Made by a program: the position numbers and the translations under genes. Below are positions 1-10,642 of a stretch of DNA of 64,000 nucleotides, piece after piece. Origin of the DNA: an uncultured Trueperaceae bacterium (GTDB lineage: Bacteria; Deinococcota; Deinococci; Deinococcales; Trueperaceae). The stretch is taken from NCBI GenBank assembly GCA_963727505.1, contig CAVSGP010000006.1, positions 96,001-160,000 of the forward strand, written 5' to 3'. The notes under the pieces are model-generated. The model was given only the letters and a program-made list of their open reading frames with translations. It had not been told where the DNA came from and did no database searches. Each line of letters opens with the position of its first letter. Position 1 is the stretch's first letter.

Positions 1-317
1 GACAACACGCCGACGGTGTACGTGGGCGAAAGGGTAGCGAGCAGGGCCAGCATCGGTTCGCGCCAGCGCACGGCGCCCAGGAAGGTGCTCCGGAAGGTGG
101 TCTCGTCGGTGTGGAGGCCGGTACGCGCCTCCAGCCGGCGCTGGAACTCGGGTAGGTCGAACGCGCCGTCCTCGAACGTCCCCATCAGCTCGAGGTAGGG
201 CTCCTTCAGGCGGGACTCGGGCACGCTGTGAAGCGCAGCCAGCGCCGTCACGGCGCTGCTGTCGAAGGTGCCCTCGGTGAAGACGCCGCCCCAGTCGAAG
301 GCGATCGCGCGGATCAC
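1..317 (-). CDS. HAD-family hydrolase/phosphatase (N-terminal part; runs off window start)
   Basis: Manual translation from GTG at 317: MIRAIAFDWGGVFTEGTFD...TYTVGVLS; HAD motif I-like FDWGGV; start overlaps the TGA of the upstream gene (GTGA). Confidence 0.85.
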   Translation of the reverse strand, partial: MIRAIAFDWGGVFTEGTFDSSAVTALAALHSVPESRLKEPYLELMGTFEDGAFDLPEFQRRLEARTGLHTDETTFRSTFLGAVRWREPMLALLATLSPTYTVGVL

Positions 318-679
318 GAGCGCACGCCCGACCATGGCGCCGCTGCCGCTGCGCTGCTCAGCTCGTGGTGCACCAAGGCGATGCCCTCCGGCACCAGGAC
401 CGCCGCCGTGAAAACGACGAAGACGGCCAGGCCAACCAGCGTCGCGCGGTGGAAGAACACCGAGTAGACGTCTTCGCTCCGGCGCACGCGGCGGTACAGC
501 ATGCCCACCAGGAGGACCTGCGAGGCGCCGAGCACGGCCAGGGCCGCAAGGGTACCCAGCGTCCCGAGCCACGGCAACGGGTACTCCAGCAACGCGGACA
601 GGAGATAGGTAGCGGTGAACAGGGCCGCGGCGGTGGCCGCGAGCGCTGCGGTGGGGGGTCGGAGGATCACGTCAGCCAT
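314..679 (-). CDS. Small membrane protein (about 3 TM segments), unknown function
   Basis: MADVILRPPTAALAATAAALF... hydrophobic stretches; ATG at 679; stop coupled to HAD start. Confidence 0.7.
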   Translation of the reverse strand: MADVILRPPTAALAATAAALFTATYLLSALLEYPLPWLGTLGTLAALAVLGASQVLLVGMLYRRVRRSEDVYSVFFHRATLVGLAVFVVFTAAVLVPEGIALVHHELSSAAAAAPWSGVRS

Positions 680-959
680 AGTGCCTTCATCGATGCCCGG
701 CGTCGCCCGGCAGGCGCGTGCGCGATGCCTGTTCGCGACGGGGCGGTGGTGTAGCGCGCGGCGCGGCCGGGTCCCCGGTCCGGAGCGACCGATCGGCGCC
801 GCCGCCGCACGCATGATACAGGGGAGCCGCCACACCGTGGGGCCAGCAACGAACGGGCCGCTGCGCCGGCCGCGGGACCCGCCGTCGCGGGGCCGCCGGT
901 CGCAGGCTCGGCCGCAACCGTCAGCCGCCACCGTCAGCCGCCACTGTCACCCGTAACCG

Positions 960-2447
960 TCAGCCATCACGGTAGGCGGCGGCCTCTGCCAGGTGCGGCT
1001 CGCCCACGACCGTCTCTCCTGCGAGGTCGGCCAGCGTGCGCGCAACGCGCAGCACCCGTTCGTAGCCACGTCCCGTCAAGCGCAACCGATCGATCAGCTC
1101 GCGGGCCAGGCGCCGCCCGCCCGCCGAAAGCGCCGCCGCCTGGCGCAGCTCGGCCCCGCCGAGGACGGTGTTGAGGGTGGCCTGACGCTCGAGCATGCGC
1201 CGGCGGGCGGCCAGCACGCGTCGGGCCACCGCCTCCGAGGGCTCGCCCGACGCCCGGGCCAGCACCTCGTTCGGCGTCAGGCGAGGGATCCGGACGCGCA
1301 GGTCGAAGCGGTCGAGCAGCGGGCCGGAGATGCGGCGCCGGTAGCGCTGGCGCTCGCCCGGAGTGCAATGGCAGGGCTCGTGCGGGTCGCCGTCGTACCC
1401 GCAGGCGCAGGGGTTTCGCGCCGCCACCAGCAGGAAACGAGCGGGGAAGGTGACGCTTCCGCCGACCCGCGAGATGCTCACGCGCCCCTCCTCGAGGGGC
1501 TGCCGCAGGGCTTCGAGGGTGCGCCGGTCGAACTCGGGCAGTTCGTCCAGGAAGAGCACGCCACGATGGGCGAGGCTGGCCTCGCCGGGACGCGGCGGGG
1601 AGCCGCCGCCGATCACGCCGCCCTGCGAGCTGCTGTGGTGCGGGCTGCGCATCGGAGGGTGGCGGATCAGGCCGTGTCCGGCCAGCAGCCCCGCGCTCGA
1701 GTGGATGCGGGTCACCTCGATCGCCTCGTCCTCGGTGAGCGGCGGGAGGACCCCGGCCAGCCGGCGCGCCAGCATGGTCTTGCCCGCGCCCGGAGGGCCG
1801 GTGAGGAGCAGGTTGTGCGCGCCGGCCGCGGCGATCTCCAATGCCCGTCGGCCGCCCGCCTGACCGCGAACGTCGCCCAGGTCGGGCACGGGGGGTGCCG
1901 GCGCCGGCGGGCCCGGGGCGCACGGCGCCAGCGCGAGGCGACCGCGCAGGTGATCGACGGCCTCGGCCAGCGTGTGGGGCGCCAGCACGCGCAGGCCCCT
2001 CACGGCCGCGACCTCGGCGGCGTTCAACGGCGGCGCCAGGACCGTGTGGTGCCCGCGCTCCGCTGCCAGCAGGCCGATGTTGATGGCGCCGCGGACCGGC
2101 CGGATGGTGCCGTCGAGCGCCAGCTCCCCGAAGGCCAGCGCGCGTTCGAGGGCGCGCGCCGGCAGGCGGCGCTCGGCGGCGAGCAGGGCCAGCGCGATCG
2201 GCAGGTCGAAGGCGGGCCCCTCCTTGCGCACGTCAGCGGGCGCCAGGTTGACCGTGATGCGGCTGGGCGGCAGGGCGGCCCCGAGGTGCTTCAGGGCCGC
2301 GCGCACGCGCTCCCGCGACTCCTGCACCGCGGCGCCCGGCAGTCCGACCACCGTGAACGACGGCAGACCGCCGCTGACGAACACCTCGACCCGGACCTCC
2401 AGCGCGTCGACGCCAACGACGGTTGCGGAGAGAGCGTGGGCGAGCAT
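960..2447 (-). CDS. comM: YifB/ComM family Mg-chelatase-like AAA+ ATPase
   Basis: [34 protein letters not shown], Walker [30 protein letters not shown] -10 box 7 nt before ATG 2447. Confidence 0.93.
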   Translation of the reverse strand: MLAHALSATVVGVDALEVRVEVFVSGGLPSFTVVGLPGAAVQESRERVRAALKHLGAALPPSRITVNLAPADVRKEGPAFDLPIALALLAAERRLPARALERALAFGELALDGTIRPVRGAINIGLLAAERGHHTVLAPPLNAAEVAAVRGLRVLAPHTLAEAVDHLRGRLALAPCAPGPPAPAPPVPDLGDVRGQAGGRRALEIAAAGAHNLLLTGPPGAGKTMLARRLAGVLPPLTEDEAIEVTRIHSSAGLLAGHGLIRHPPMRSPHHSSSQGGVIGGGSPPRPGEASLAHRGVLFLDELPEFDRRTLEALRQPLEEGRVSISRVGGSVTFPARFLLVAARNPCACGYDGDPHEPCHCTPGERQRYRRRISGPLLDRFDLRVRIPRLTPNEVLARASGEPSEAVARRVLAARRRMLERQATLNTVLGGAELRQAAALSAGGRRLARELIDRLRLTGRGYERVLRVARTLADLAGETVVGEPHLAEAAAYRDG

Positions 2448-2629
2448 CGGGGCCACGCTAGCGCCGTTCGCCGACCCCGTCCCCACCGGGCGCGGCACCT
2501 GCCCAGAAGACGGCGGCCGGCGACCCGTCGTGAGCGCGGCCCCATGAAGGTGGCCGGAATCCTGCTACACTCGCGCGGTCGGCACGACGTTGACACGTCA
2601 GCTTTGCCCTAACGAGGAGGCCGTCCCGT

Positions 2630-3319
2630 ATGAGAACCTTCCGAACCGTCATCATCGTGGGAGCACTCGGGTTGCTGGTGAGCGCGTGCAGTGCGCTCAT
2701 CCCCGACCAGACGCTCAACAATCCGCTCGGTCTGGACAACCAGACCATCGCCCTCAACAACGTGGGTACTGCCGGGCTCGCCCAGCAGGCCACGGGTTCG
2801 ACCAGCTTCTCGGGGAGTACGACGACGCATTTCCCGGACCAGGACCTGAGCAGCAAGCCGAGCTGGGCCAACCCCAACGGCTTCACCTCCGACATCGCGG
2901 CCACCAGCGTCACGATCAAGCCGGGCGACAGCACCACCCTGCCCTCGACCTTGAACGTCACGCAGGTCACCTTGGGCCTGACCGTCACGGACGGTTCCGG
3001 GACGCCCTCGTTCAACTGGAGCTACGATTCCGGCACGAAGTCGCAGATCCTCGTGCTGACGCGCGACACCTGTGGCGCCACGGCCGCCGACGGCTGCACC
3101 TATACGGTCGCCGCCGGTTCGGACCTGAGCGACGTCGGTAAGCTCATCGTCGTGAGCTTCTCGCAGAGCCAGGTCGGCACATTGATGGACATCATCGGTA
3201 AGGGCACCAGCCCCAACGACGTCACCGCCAACGCCGGCGTGACGGTCGACCAGGCGTTGACGGGCGTCAGCGAGATGGACGTCACCCTCGGCAATGCCAC
3301 GGGAACGTTGAAGTTCTGA
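2630..3319 (+). CDS. Putative lipoprotein, Thr/Ser-rich beta-strand protein
   Basis: Signal peptide with lipobox LVSAC; SD GAGGAGG upstream. Confidence 0.8.
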   Translation: MRTFRTVIIVGALGLLVSACSALIPDQTLNNPLGLDNQTIALNNVGTAGLAQQATGSTSFSGSTTTHFPDQDLSSKPSWANPNGFTSDIAATSVTIKPGDSTTLPSTLNVTQVTLGLTVTDGSGTPSFNWSYDSGTKSQILVLTRDTCGATAADGCTYTVAAGSDLSDVGKLIVVSFSQSQVGTLMDIIGKGTSPNDVTANAGVTVDQALTGVSEMDVTLGNATGTLKF

Positions 3320-3372
3320 TCCACCTGGCGTAGGAAGCGTCGACGACGTCTCCCGGTCCCGAGCGGCCGGTG

Positions 3373-3412
3373 CATCGGGCTCCTGAGCGCGGCAGCGTGC
3401 AGGAGCCCGATG
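3373..3412. terminator. Hairpin between convergent genes (probable bidirectional terminator)
   Basis: CATCGGGCTCCTG ... CAGGAGCCCGATG, a 13-bp inverted repeat. Confidence 0.6.
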
Positions 3413-3440
3413 TCGTGACGCGGTTCCGAACGGCCGGGCC

Positions 3441-4298
3441 CTAAGCCGGCTCGCTCCGCGCGATCAGCCCGAACGTGCCCGGCCCGACATGGCTGGTGAG
3501 CACGGCCCCGATCTGGTAGACGCCTTGGAAGGTCGCGTCGATGCCGGCGGACTCCACGGCTGCGCGCAGGCGCTCCACCGCTTCCTCGTCCTGGATGTGG
3601 ATGTAGTCGACGGTGATGCGCCCGCCGGGATGCTCGTCGACGAAGGTGCGGAAACGATCGACCATCTCCTGCAACGCCTTGCGCATGCCGCGAACGCGGG
3701 TCAGGGGCTCCAACAGCCCCTGCTCCAGGGTGAGGAGGGGCTTGATGTTGAGCAGGCTGCCCACCAGCGCGCTCGCGCGGCCGATGCGTCCGCCCTTCTG
3801 CAGGTAATCGAATGACGCGACGGTGAAGACGATGAAGGTGTTGTCGCGCATGTGCTCGAGCCCGGCCAGGATCTCCTCGAGCGAGGCTCCGCGGTCGCGC
3901 AGGCGCGCGGCGGTGCGCGCCATGGCGCCGTGCCCGAGGCTCGCCACGCGGCTGTCGAAGACCGTTACCGGCGCGTCGACCGCCTCCCTCGCTGCCACGG
4001 CCGACTGGTAGGTGCCCGACAGCTCGGAGGTCAGCGTGACGACGAGGATGGTGTCCGCCCCGTTCTCGACGGCCGCACGGTAGGTGGCGGCGTAGTCTTC
4101 CGGGCTCGGCTGGCTGGTGGTGGGGAGGGCGGCGCCGTCGGTGACGCCGGCGATGATCGTCGATGGCTGGATGTCGAGCCAGTCCCGATAGGTCTCGCCC
4201 TTGAACCGCACGTAGAGCGGAACGCGGAGGATGCCCAAGCGTTCCAGCTCGTCCTCCTGCAGATCGGCGGTCGAGTCGGTCACGATGGCAAGGTTCAT
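3441..4298 (-). CDS. DegV/FakB family fatty-acid-binding protein
   Basis: IVTDSTADL, PTTSQPSP, SELSGTYQSA, YLQKGGRIG, SHVGPG. Confidence 0.95.
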   Translation of the reverse strand: MNLAIVTDSTADLQEDELERLGILRVPLYVRFKGETYRDWLDIQPSTIIAGVTDGAALPTTSQPSPEDYAATYRAAVENGADTILVVTLTSELSGTYQSAVAAREAVDAPVTVFDSRVASLGHGAMARTAARLRDRGASLEEILAGLEHMRDNTFIVFTVASFDYLQKGGRIGRASALVGSLLNIKPLLTLEQGLLEPLTRVRGMRKALQEMVDRFRTFVDEHPGGRITVDYIHIQDEEAVERLRAAVESAGIDATFQGVYQIGAVLTSHVGPGTFGLIARSEPA

Positions 4299-4437
4299 AC
4301 TGCTCCCTCATGGGACCGCTCCGCGGTCGGGTCGGTCTCGGTGCGCGTCGTGGCTGTCGCCGCAGTCTACCGCTCCTGCTCCGGCCTGGCGGCCGGCGGG
4401 CGGGGCCGTCGTGCCCTGCCGGTCAGCGAGGCAGCGC

Positions 4438-5460
4438 TCAGGCGGAGGGGAGCGCGTCGAGCGCCCCCTGCGCGATGAGGTGCTCGGCGATCTGCACGGC
4501 GTTGAGCGCCGCGCCCTTGCGGATCTGGTCGCCCGCAACGAAGAGCGCCACGGCGCCATCCAGGCTCGCGTCGGCCCGGATGCGGCCTACCAGCACCTCG
4601 TCGCCGCCCGAGGCATCGAGCGGCATGGGGAAGGTGTTGCGGGCGCGGTCGTCCACCACCCGCACGCCGGGTGCTGCGGCGAGCGTCTCGCGTACCTCGT
4701 CGGCCGAAACGGGCCGCCGGAACTCGGCGTGGATGGCCTCGCTGTGGGCGCGGAAGACCGGCACTCGCACACAGGTCGCGCTGAGGCGAAGGTCCGGCTC
4801 CGCAAGGATCTTGCGGGTCTCCAGGACCAGCTTGCGTTCCTCGACGTTGTAGCCGTCCTCGCCGACGTCGCTGTCGTGGCTGAAGAGGTTGAACGCGATC
4901 CTGTGCTGGAACTTCCTGGGTCTCGGGTCGCTTCCGCCGAGCACCGCTCGCGTCTGCTCGCGCAACTCTTCGATGCCGGCCGCGCCGGCGCCGGAGACGG
5001 CCTGATAGGTGGCGATGGTGGCCCGCTCCAGGCCGAAGGCGCGGTGCAGCGGCGCCAGCGCCATCAGCGCGATGATGGTCGAGCAGTTGGGGTTGGCGAT
5101 GATGCCGCGATGGTTCAGTGCCGCCTCGCCGTTGGCCTCCGGCACCACCAGGGGGACGCGTTCGTCCATCCGCCAGGCGCTGGTGTTGTCGATGACGACC
5201 GCGCCGTGCTCAGCCCAGCGCCAGGCGTGCTGCTTGGAGACCTGACCGCCCGCCGACGAGAAGACCACGTCGGCGTCGAGGTTGCCGTCCTCGGGTAAGG
5301 GCAACACGGGCAGCTCCGTATCGCGGAAGGGGAGGCTCCGCCCCGCCGACCGGGGGGAGGCGTACAGCGCCAGCGCCGTGAGCGGGAACCGCCGCTCGTC
5401 GAGGATCCCCAGGAATTCGGTCCCGACGGCGCCGGTGGCACCCACGATCGCTACTCGCAT
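4438..5460 (-). CDS. asd: Aspartate-semialdehyde dehydrogenase
   Basis: VAIVGATGAVG, IDNTSAWRM, IANPNCST, YQAVSGAG, CVRVPVFRAHS, RKGAALNAVQIAE; SD GAGGAGG. Confidence 0.96.
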   Translation of the reverse strand: MRVAIVGATGAVGTEFLGILDERRFPLTALALYASPRSAGRSLPFRDTELPVLPLPEDGNLDADVVFSSAGGQVSKQHAWRWAEHGAVVIDNTSAWRMDERVPLVVPEANGEAALNHRGIIANPNCSTIIALMALAPLHRAFGLERATIATYQAVSGAGAAGIEELREQTRAVLGGSDPRPRKFQHRIAFNLFSHDSDVGEDGYNVEERKLVLETRKILAEPDLRLSATCVRVPVFRAHSEAIHAEFRRPVSADEVRETLAAAPGVRVVDDRARNTFPMPLDASGGDEVLVGRIRADASLDGAVALFVAGDQIRKGAALNAVQIAEHLIAQGALDALPSA

Positions 5461-5599
5461 GCTTCCTCCTCGGCCCGGCGTCGATGCCGGCTGGCGCGTC
5501 CCCGCACGGGGCTTCAGGTGTCGGAGTCTAGCATGCGCCCCGTCGCGCTCCGGCCCCCCTCCCGGTTTTGCGGCGGCTCCAAGCCTTAGCATGGGGATC

Positions 5600-5887
5600 A
5601 TGACGCCGACACCGTGCGCGCCCGTTCGTGGGGGGAAGGTGGACTGGCAGGCGCTGGAGAGTTGCATCCCGCTCGACGAGCTGCCCGCGTTCCACCGCGC
5701 CTTCATGCAGAGGCTCGAGCCCGGCGAGGACTGGCAGAATGCCTTCCTCCGCCGGGTCCAGGGCAAGGTGCAGGCGTCGCTCAAGCGGCTCCTGCGCGAA
5801 GGCGCCGCAGGTTACGAGGACGGGCGTTACTGGCTCGATGCCGCGCTGGTCCCCGATGCGTTCCGGGTCTACCTCATGGAGGAGTGA
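5600..5887 (+). CDS. Small hypothetical protein upstream of proB
   Basis: MTPTPCAPVRGGKVDWQALESCIPLDELPAFHRAF...; TAGCAT -10 box 7 nt before ATG 5600; ends 2 nt before proB. Confidence 0.75.
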   Translation: MTPTPCAPVRGGKVDWQALESCIPLDELPAFHRAFMQRLEPGEDWQNAFLRRVQGKVQASLKRLLREGAAGYEDGRYWLDAALVPDAFRVYLMEE

Positions 5888-5889
5888 GA

Positions 5890-6993
5890 GTGGAGCAGCG
5901 CCTCCGGCGCTTCGTCGTCAAGGTCGGCACGAGTTCCCTCACGGACCACAGCGGCCGCATCGCACCGCCCCTGATGTGGGCCATCGCCCGGGGCGCCAGC
6001 GTGCTGGCCGACGAGCATGGGGCGCGCTTCGTGCTGGTCTCGTCGGGCGCCGGCGCGGCAGGTCGCGAGCGCCTGGGCCTCGACCTGCCGCTGACGCTTC
6101 CCGACAAGCAGGCGGCCGCCGCCGTGGGTCAAACGCTGCTCATGCTCGACTGGTCGAGGGCGCTGGCGCCACGGCCGGTGGCGCAGCTGCTGCTGTCTGC
6201 GGGCGATGTGCGCGACCGGGAGCGGTACGTCAACGCCAAGCACGCGCTGGAGGCATCCCTACGCCTGGGGGCGGTGCCGGTCGTCAACGAGAACGACAGC
6301 GTCGCCACCAGCGAGCTGAAGCTCGGCGACAACGACACCCTGTCGGCCTGGGTCTCCTACCTGGTGGACGCCGATGCCTTGATCATCCTCACCGATGTGG
6401 ACGGCCTCCACGAGGCGGACCCGCGCCGGCAGCCGGACGCGCGTCGGATCGACGTGGTACGCGACGTCGTGGAGGTCGAGGCGCTCGCGGGACGGAGCGG
6501 AGACCCGCGGGGAACGGGCGGCATGGCCACCAAGCTTCGAGCCGCGCGGATCGCCACCGAAGCGGGGATCGAGACCCTCATCATCGGTGGCGGCGGCGCA
6601 GGGCTGGAGGCGCTGGCAGGCGGCACGGTGCGGGGCACGCGCTTCCTCGCCCGGGCGCGAACGCCGGCTCGCAAGGCGTGGATCGCGCAGCAGCCGGCGC
6701 GCGGAACAGTCGAGGTCGACGACGGCGCGGCCGCGGCCCTGGAGCGCGGGCGCAGCCTGCTCCCGCGCGGCGTGGTGGCGGTGCGGGGCCGCTTCGATTT
6801 CGGCGACGCCGTCTCCGTGACCCATGGCGGCGAGGTGCTGGGCGTCGGACTCAGCAACTTCGCCAGCGACGCGCTGGCGCGCATCCAGGGGCGCCACACT
6901 TCCGAGATCGCAGCGATCCTGGGCGTCAAGGACTTCGACGAGGTGATCCATCGCGACAATCTGGCGCCGGTGGAGGGCGCGAACCGCCGCTGA
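5890..6993 (+). CDS. proB: Glutamate 5-kinase with PUA domain
   Basis: VVKVGTSSLT, VSSGA, AAVGQ, VNENDSV, GDNDTLSA, GTGGMATKL, C-terminal SLLPRGV...IHRDNL. Confidence 0.96.
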   Translation: MEQRLRRFVVKVGTSSLTDHSGRIAPPLMWAIARGASVLADEHGARFVLVSSGAGAAGRERLGLDLPLTLPDKQAAAAVGQTLLMLDWSRALAPRPVAQLLLSAGDVRDRERYVNAKHALEASLRLGAVPVVNENDSVATSELKLGDNDTLSAWVSYLVDADALIILTDVDGLHEADPRRQPDARRIDVVRDVVEVEALAGRSGDPRGTGGMATKLRAARIATEAGIETLIIGGGGAGLEALAGGTVRGTRFLARARTPARKAWIAQQPARGTVEVDDGAAAALERGRSLLPRGVVAVRGRFDFGDAVSVTHGGEVLGVGLSNFASDALARIQGRHTSEIAAILGVKDFDEVIHRDNLAPVEGANRR

Positions 6994-7021
6994 ACGGCCT
7001 CGGTGGTAGCATGGCGGCGTC

Positions 7022-7483
7022 ATGCGCGGTCGCAAGCAACTCGCCTTCCTCTCTGCCGGCCTCACCTTGGCGTGGGGGTTGCTGGGCCTGCTGAACCCCC
7101 TGCTGCTGGTGCGCATCGTGGGCCTGGACGTGGTCGACCCGCGCGGGCTCAGCGAGGCGCGGGCCCTGTTCGGCGCCTTCTTCGTGGTGATGGGCGCGGT
7201 CATGCTGTGGGCCGCTTCGGCGCGCTCGGCGCCCCCTGTCTACCTGCGCCTGCCGGGCCTCCTGATCACCGGCGAGGCTGCGGGGCGACTGGCCAGCATC
7301 GTGATCGACGGCGTTCTGTCCCCTCTGAACTTCGTGTTCCTGGTCGTGGAGCTGCTCATCGGCGTCCTTGCCCTCGTGGCCAGCTTCCCCGGCGACGGAA
7401 GCCGGGGCCCGGGTCCGCGCGGCGCGCCGGGGCCGGAATCCGACGACGACGGGCCCGACCCGCTCCGTGCCTACCGCGGATGA
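7022..7483 (+). CDS. Membrane protein (DUF4345-like)
   Basis: Four hydrophobic segments; SEARALFG and GRLASIVIDG resemble DUF4345. Confidence 0.65.
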   Translation: MRGRKQLAFLSAGLTLAWGLLGLLNPLLLVRIVGLDVVDPRGLSEARALFGAFFVVMGAVMLWAASARSAPPVYLRLPGLLITGEAAGRLASIVIDGVLSPLNFVFLVVELLIGVLALVASFPGDGSRGPGPRGAPGPESDDDGPDPLRAYRG

Positions 7484-7513
7484 ACCGCCACTGACCGCGA
7501 GGAAGCTTGCGCC

Positions 7514-8767
7514 ATGACTGGAGCCCCTCCCGACGGAACCCGTTTCGTGCCCCCCGAACTGGCGGGGGTCCGCGCCCGCACGCTCGAGCGCCTTCACGAT
7601 CTCTACCGCCGGTGGGGCTACCTGCGCGTGGAGGCCCCGTCGCTCGAGCGCTACGATCCGGCGCACCCCCGCGCCGAGCAGTCGTTCAAGCTCTCGGACC
7701 GCGATAGCGGCGTCCTGGCCCTGCGCTCGGACTTCACGCCAGCGCTCGCGCACCTGGTGCGGGCCACCTTCCCCGGCACGGCGGCGGGGCAGGGGCAGGC
7801 GCTGCGTCTTCGCTACAGCGGCACCGTATGGCAGGCCATCCATCCGGAGCTGGCGCGAACCCGGGAGTTCACCCAGATCGGCATCGAGCTGGTGGGGGTG
7901 AGCCACGCGCGGGCCGACGCGGAGCTCATCCACCTGGCGCGTGAGTCCGTTCGCGCCGTCGGGCTGGCACCGCGCGTCGAGATCGGCAACCCGGGGTTCG
8001 TTCGCGCTCTGTTCGACCTTGCGGCCGTACCCGAGCGGCGCCGGGAGCCCCTGGCCGACGCCATCGATCGCAAGGACCGCAGCGACATCGGGGTGCTGCT
8101 GTCCGAGCTTGCGCTCGACGGCCCGGTCGCTCACGCGCTGCTGGAGGTTCCCGACCTGTACGGCAGCGATGACGTGCTCGACGAGGCCCGGCGGCTGGCG
8201 CCGTGGCCCGAGGCGCGGGCCGAGATCGATCGGCTGGAGGGCGTGGTGGAGCAGTTCGAGGACGACAGCGAGTTGCTGCTCGATCTCGGGATGGCGCGCC
8301 GCCTCGCCTATTACACGGGCGTGACGTTCCGCGCCTACACCTTCGACTTCGGCCAACCGCTGTTGGGCGGCGGTCGTTATGACGGCGCACTGCTGCCCCA
8401 CGCCGCCGGGTTCTCGATCGGCCTGGAACGGTTGCTCAGCGCACTCCCCGCTCCCGAGCAGGAGATCCCGCCTCGGGTGCTGGCCACCGACGATGCCGGT
8501 GCGCGGCGGCTGCGCTCGGCAGGTGTGGCCGTGCTGCGCGCGTCCGCCGCGGCGCACGCCGAGGCGCTGGCCGAGGCTCGGGCCTTCGGCGTCCCCTACC
8601 TGCTGCACGACGGCGCCCTCGAGATCGTAGGCGTCGCTGCGGACGACGAGCTCGGTGCGCTACGGCGCCTGCTCGACGCTCCCGGCGGGGAGAGCCACGC
8701 TGTGGACGGCCACGGCGAGGACGGCCACGGCGAGGACGGCCACGGCGAGGAGGGCCACGGTGGTTGA
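7514..8767 (+). CDS. hisZ: ATP phosphoribosyltransferase regulatory subunit
   Basis: [40 protein letters not shown]; directly upstream of short-form hisG. Confidence 0.93.
   Translation: MTGAPPDGTRFVPPELAGVRARTLERLHDLYRRWGYLRVEAPSLERYDPAHPRAEQSFKLSDRDSGVLALRSDFTPALAHLVRATFPGTAAGQGQALRLRYSGTVWQAIHPELARTREFTQIGIELVGVSHARADAELIHLARESVRAVGLAPRVEIGNPGFVRALFDLAAVPERRREPLADAIDRKDRSDIGVLLSELALDGPVAHALLEVPDLYGSDDVLDEARRLAPWPEARAEIDRLEGVVEQFEDDSELLLDLGMARRLAYYTGVTFRAYTFDFGQPLLGGGRYDGALLPHAAGFSIGLERLLSALPAPEQEIPPRVLATDDAGARRLRSAGVAVLRASAAAHAEALAEARAFGVPYLLHDGALEIVGVAADDELGALRRLLDAPGGESHAVDGHGEDGHGEDGHGEEGHGG
8705..8761 (+). repeat. 15-nt tandem repeat (GACGGCCACGGCGAG x3 plus a partial copy) encoding DGHGE repeats
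   Basis: Read directly at the hisZ 3' end. Confidence 0.9.
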
Positions 8768-9392
8768 CGCGGTGGCTGACGCTCCCTCGCTGACGCTGGC
8801 GCTTCCCAAGGGGCGCGTGATGCAGGAGGCCCTCAACGTGCTGCGGGCAGCGGGGCTGCGGCTCGAGCTGCCGGCCGACGACCGCGCGCTGCGCTTCGAT
8901 GCCGGCGACGCGGAGCTCATCGTCATGCGCAATGCCGACGTCCCCACCTACGTCGACCTGGGGGTGGCCGACGCCGGAGTGGTCGGGAAGGACGTCCTGA
9001 CCGAGGCCGGGAGCGCGCTCTACGAGCCGGTGGACCTGTGCTTCGCGGGTTGCCGGCTGTCGCTGATCCGGCCGCGGGGCGCCTCGGGCGCCGTCGCCAG
9101 GGTGGCCAGCAAGTACCCTCGCGTGACCGCCGAATACCTGCGGCGGATGGGGAGCTCGGCCGAGGTCGTGCGCCTCGCCGGGAACGTGGAGCTGGCCTGC
9201 CTCTCCGGTCTGGCCGATGCGGTCGTCGACGTGGTGCAGACGGGTGCTACCTTGGAGGCCAACGACCTGGAAGAGGTCGACGTCATCCTCCGGTCGAGCG
9301 CCCGCTTCGTGGTGAACCGGGCGGCGCTCAGGCTCAAGGCGGAGCGTCTGCGCCCGTTGATCCTCGCCCTGCGCGACGTCAGCGGGGCGTGA
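8760..9392 (+). CDS. hisG: ATP phosphoribosyltransferase catalytic subunit (short form)
   Basis: [54 protein letters not shown] start overlaps the hisZ end. Confidence 0.95.
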   Translation: MVDAVADAPSLTLALPKGRVMQEALNVLRAAGLRLELPADDRALRFDAGDAELIVMRNADVPTYVDLGVADAGVVGKDVLTEAGSALYEPVDLCFAGCRLSLIRPRGASGAVARVASKYPRVTAEYLRRMGSSAEVVRLAGNVELACLSGLADAVVDVVQTGATLEANDLEEVDVILRSSARFVVNRAALRLKAERLRPLILALRDVSGA

Positions 9393-9455
9393 GCGGGGCC
9401 CGCGACCCTAGAACCAGCTGCGCCCTAGAACCAACCGTGGCGGGGCGCCGCGACC

Positions 9456-10565
9456 CTAGAACCAGCCTCGACGCCGGAAGATCGCCAGCATGCCGAGGGC
9501 GATCACCAGCATCAGGCCCCACAGGGCGGGGTAGGCCCACGGCAACGAGAGCTCGGGCATGTCCTTGAAGTTCATGCCGTAGACGCCGACGAGGAAGCTG
9601 AGCGGGATGAAGATGGTGGCGATGATGGTCAGCACCTTCATCACGTCGTTCATGCGGTAACTGAGCGCCGACAAGTACATATCGTGCAGGTTGGTGAGCA
9701 TGTCGCGCAGACTCTCGACGGTGTCGATGACCTGGATCGCGTGATCGTGGGCGTCGCGCAGGTAGGTGATGGCGGTGGGCGACATCAGGTCGCCCTCCTC
9801 GCGCTCGAGTCCGGCGATCACCTCGCGCAGCGGCCACACCGCCTTGCGCACCATCAGCGTCTCACGCTTGAGGTGGTTGACGCGCTGCAGGACCTCGGTG
9901 GTGGGGTTCGCCAGGATCTCGGCCTCGAGGTCCTCGATGGCGTCCCCGTAGTTCTCGACCACCGTGAAGTAGCGATCGATCACGATGTCGAGTAGCGCGT
10001 AGGCGAGGTAGTCGGCCCCGAGCTTGCGGAGCCGTCCCTTGCCCTGCCGGAGGCGCTCGCGAAGCGGCTCGAACACGTCACCGGGGCGTTCCTGGAACGT
10101 CACCACCACGCGGTCGAGCAGGATCAGGCTGAGCTGCTCGTTGTCCAGCTCGCCCTGCCCGTCCTCGACGTCGTGGGACCGGTAGGCGAGCATGCGCAGC
10201 GCCATGTAGAGGTAGCGCTCGTAGTCCTCGATCTTGGGGCGCTGTCCGAGGCTGACGATGTCCTCCATGGTGAGCGGGTGCAGGTCGAGCGCCGCGCCGA
10301 TCTGTTCGATGAACTCCGTGCGGTGGACGCCATTGACGTTGAGCCAGCGCACCCCCGGGTCCTGGCGTACGCGCTGCAGGGCCTGCTCCAGGGTGAGCTC
10401 GCGCAGCTCCTCGAAGCGCCCCTCGTCGTAGCTGATGAGCTCGAAGGTGACCGGCGCGTCGCGCGCCGGACCCGTGTAGATGACGCTCCCGGGTGAGCTC
10501 CCGACCATGCCGGGGGAGGGCGCCAGCGGACGCCGCGCGCGTCGACGGCGCGAGGAGCCCGTCAC
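9456..10565 (-). CDS. corA: Magnesium/cobalt transporter CorA
   Basis: LHPLTMEDI, QRPKIEDY, MNDVMKVLTII, signature YGMNF, MPEL; start taken as GTG 10565 (uncertain). Confidence 0.95.
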   Translation of the reverse strand: MTGSSRRRRARRPLAPSPGMVGSSPGSVIYTGPARDAPVTFELISYDEGRFEELRELTLEQALQRVRQDPGVRWLNVNGVHRTEFIEQIGAALDLHPLTMEDIVSLGQRPKIEDYERYLYMALRMLAYRSHDVEDGQGELDNEQLSLILLDRVVVTFQERPGDVFEPLRERLRQGKGRLRKLGADYLAYALLDIVIDRYFTVVENYGDAIEDLEAEILANPTTEVLQRVNHLKRETLMVRKAVWPLREVIAGLEREEGDLMSPTAITYLRDAHDHAIQVIDTVESLRDMLTNLHDMYLSALSYRMNDVMKVLTIIATIFIPLSFLVGVYGMNFKDMPELSLPWAYPALWGLMLVIALGMLAIFRRRGWF

Positions 10566-10642
10566 GCCTGCACCGCGCGAGCGGACGCGGGCCGCCGGGG
10601 AGCATGCCCCGTCAGCCACCGGGGGAAGGATGCGGCGTTCAT
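10562..10642 (-). CDS. Candidate leader peptide (26 aa) upstream of corA
   Basis: TAAGCT -10 box 9 nt before ATG; MNAASFPRWLTGHAPRRPASARAVQA*; its TGA overlaps the corA GTG (GTGA). Confidence 0.45.
   Translation of the reverse strand: MNAASFPRWLTGHAPRRPASARAVQA

Noticed and set aside
701..740. Nested hairpin in the 5' region of the membrane-protein/HAD operon as a riboswitch
   Set aside because: A stem is present (CGTCGC/GCGACG with inner CAGGC/GCCTG), but I recognise no riboswitch consensus and such stems are common at this GC content.
9400..9470. Spaced CCCTAGAACCA repeats as a mini-CRISPR or att site
   Set aside because: Repeats are only 11 nt with irregular spacers of 6 and about 20 nt; there is no cas gene or integrase; they duplicate the corA stop region.
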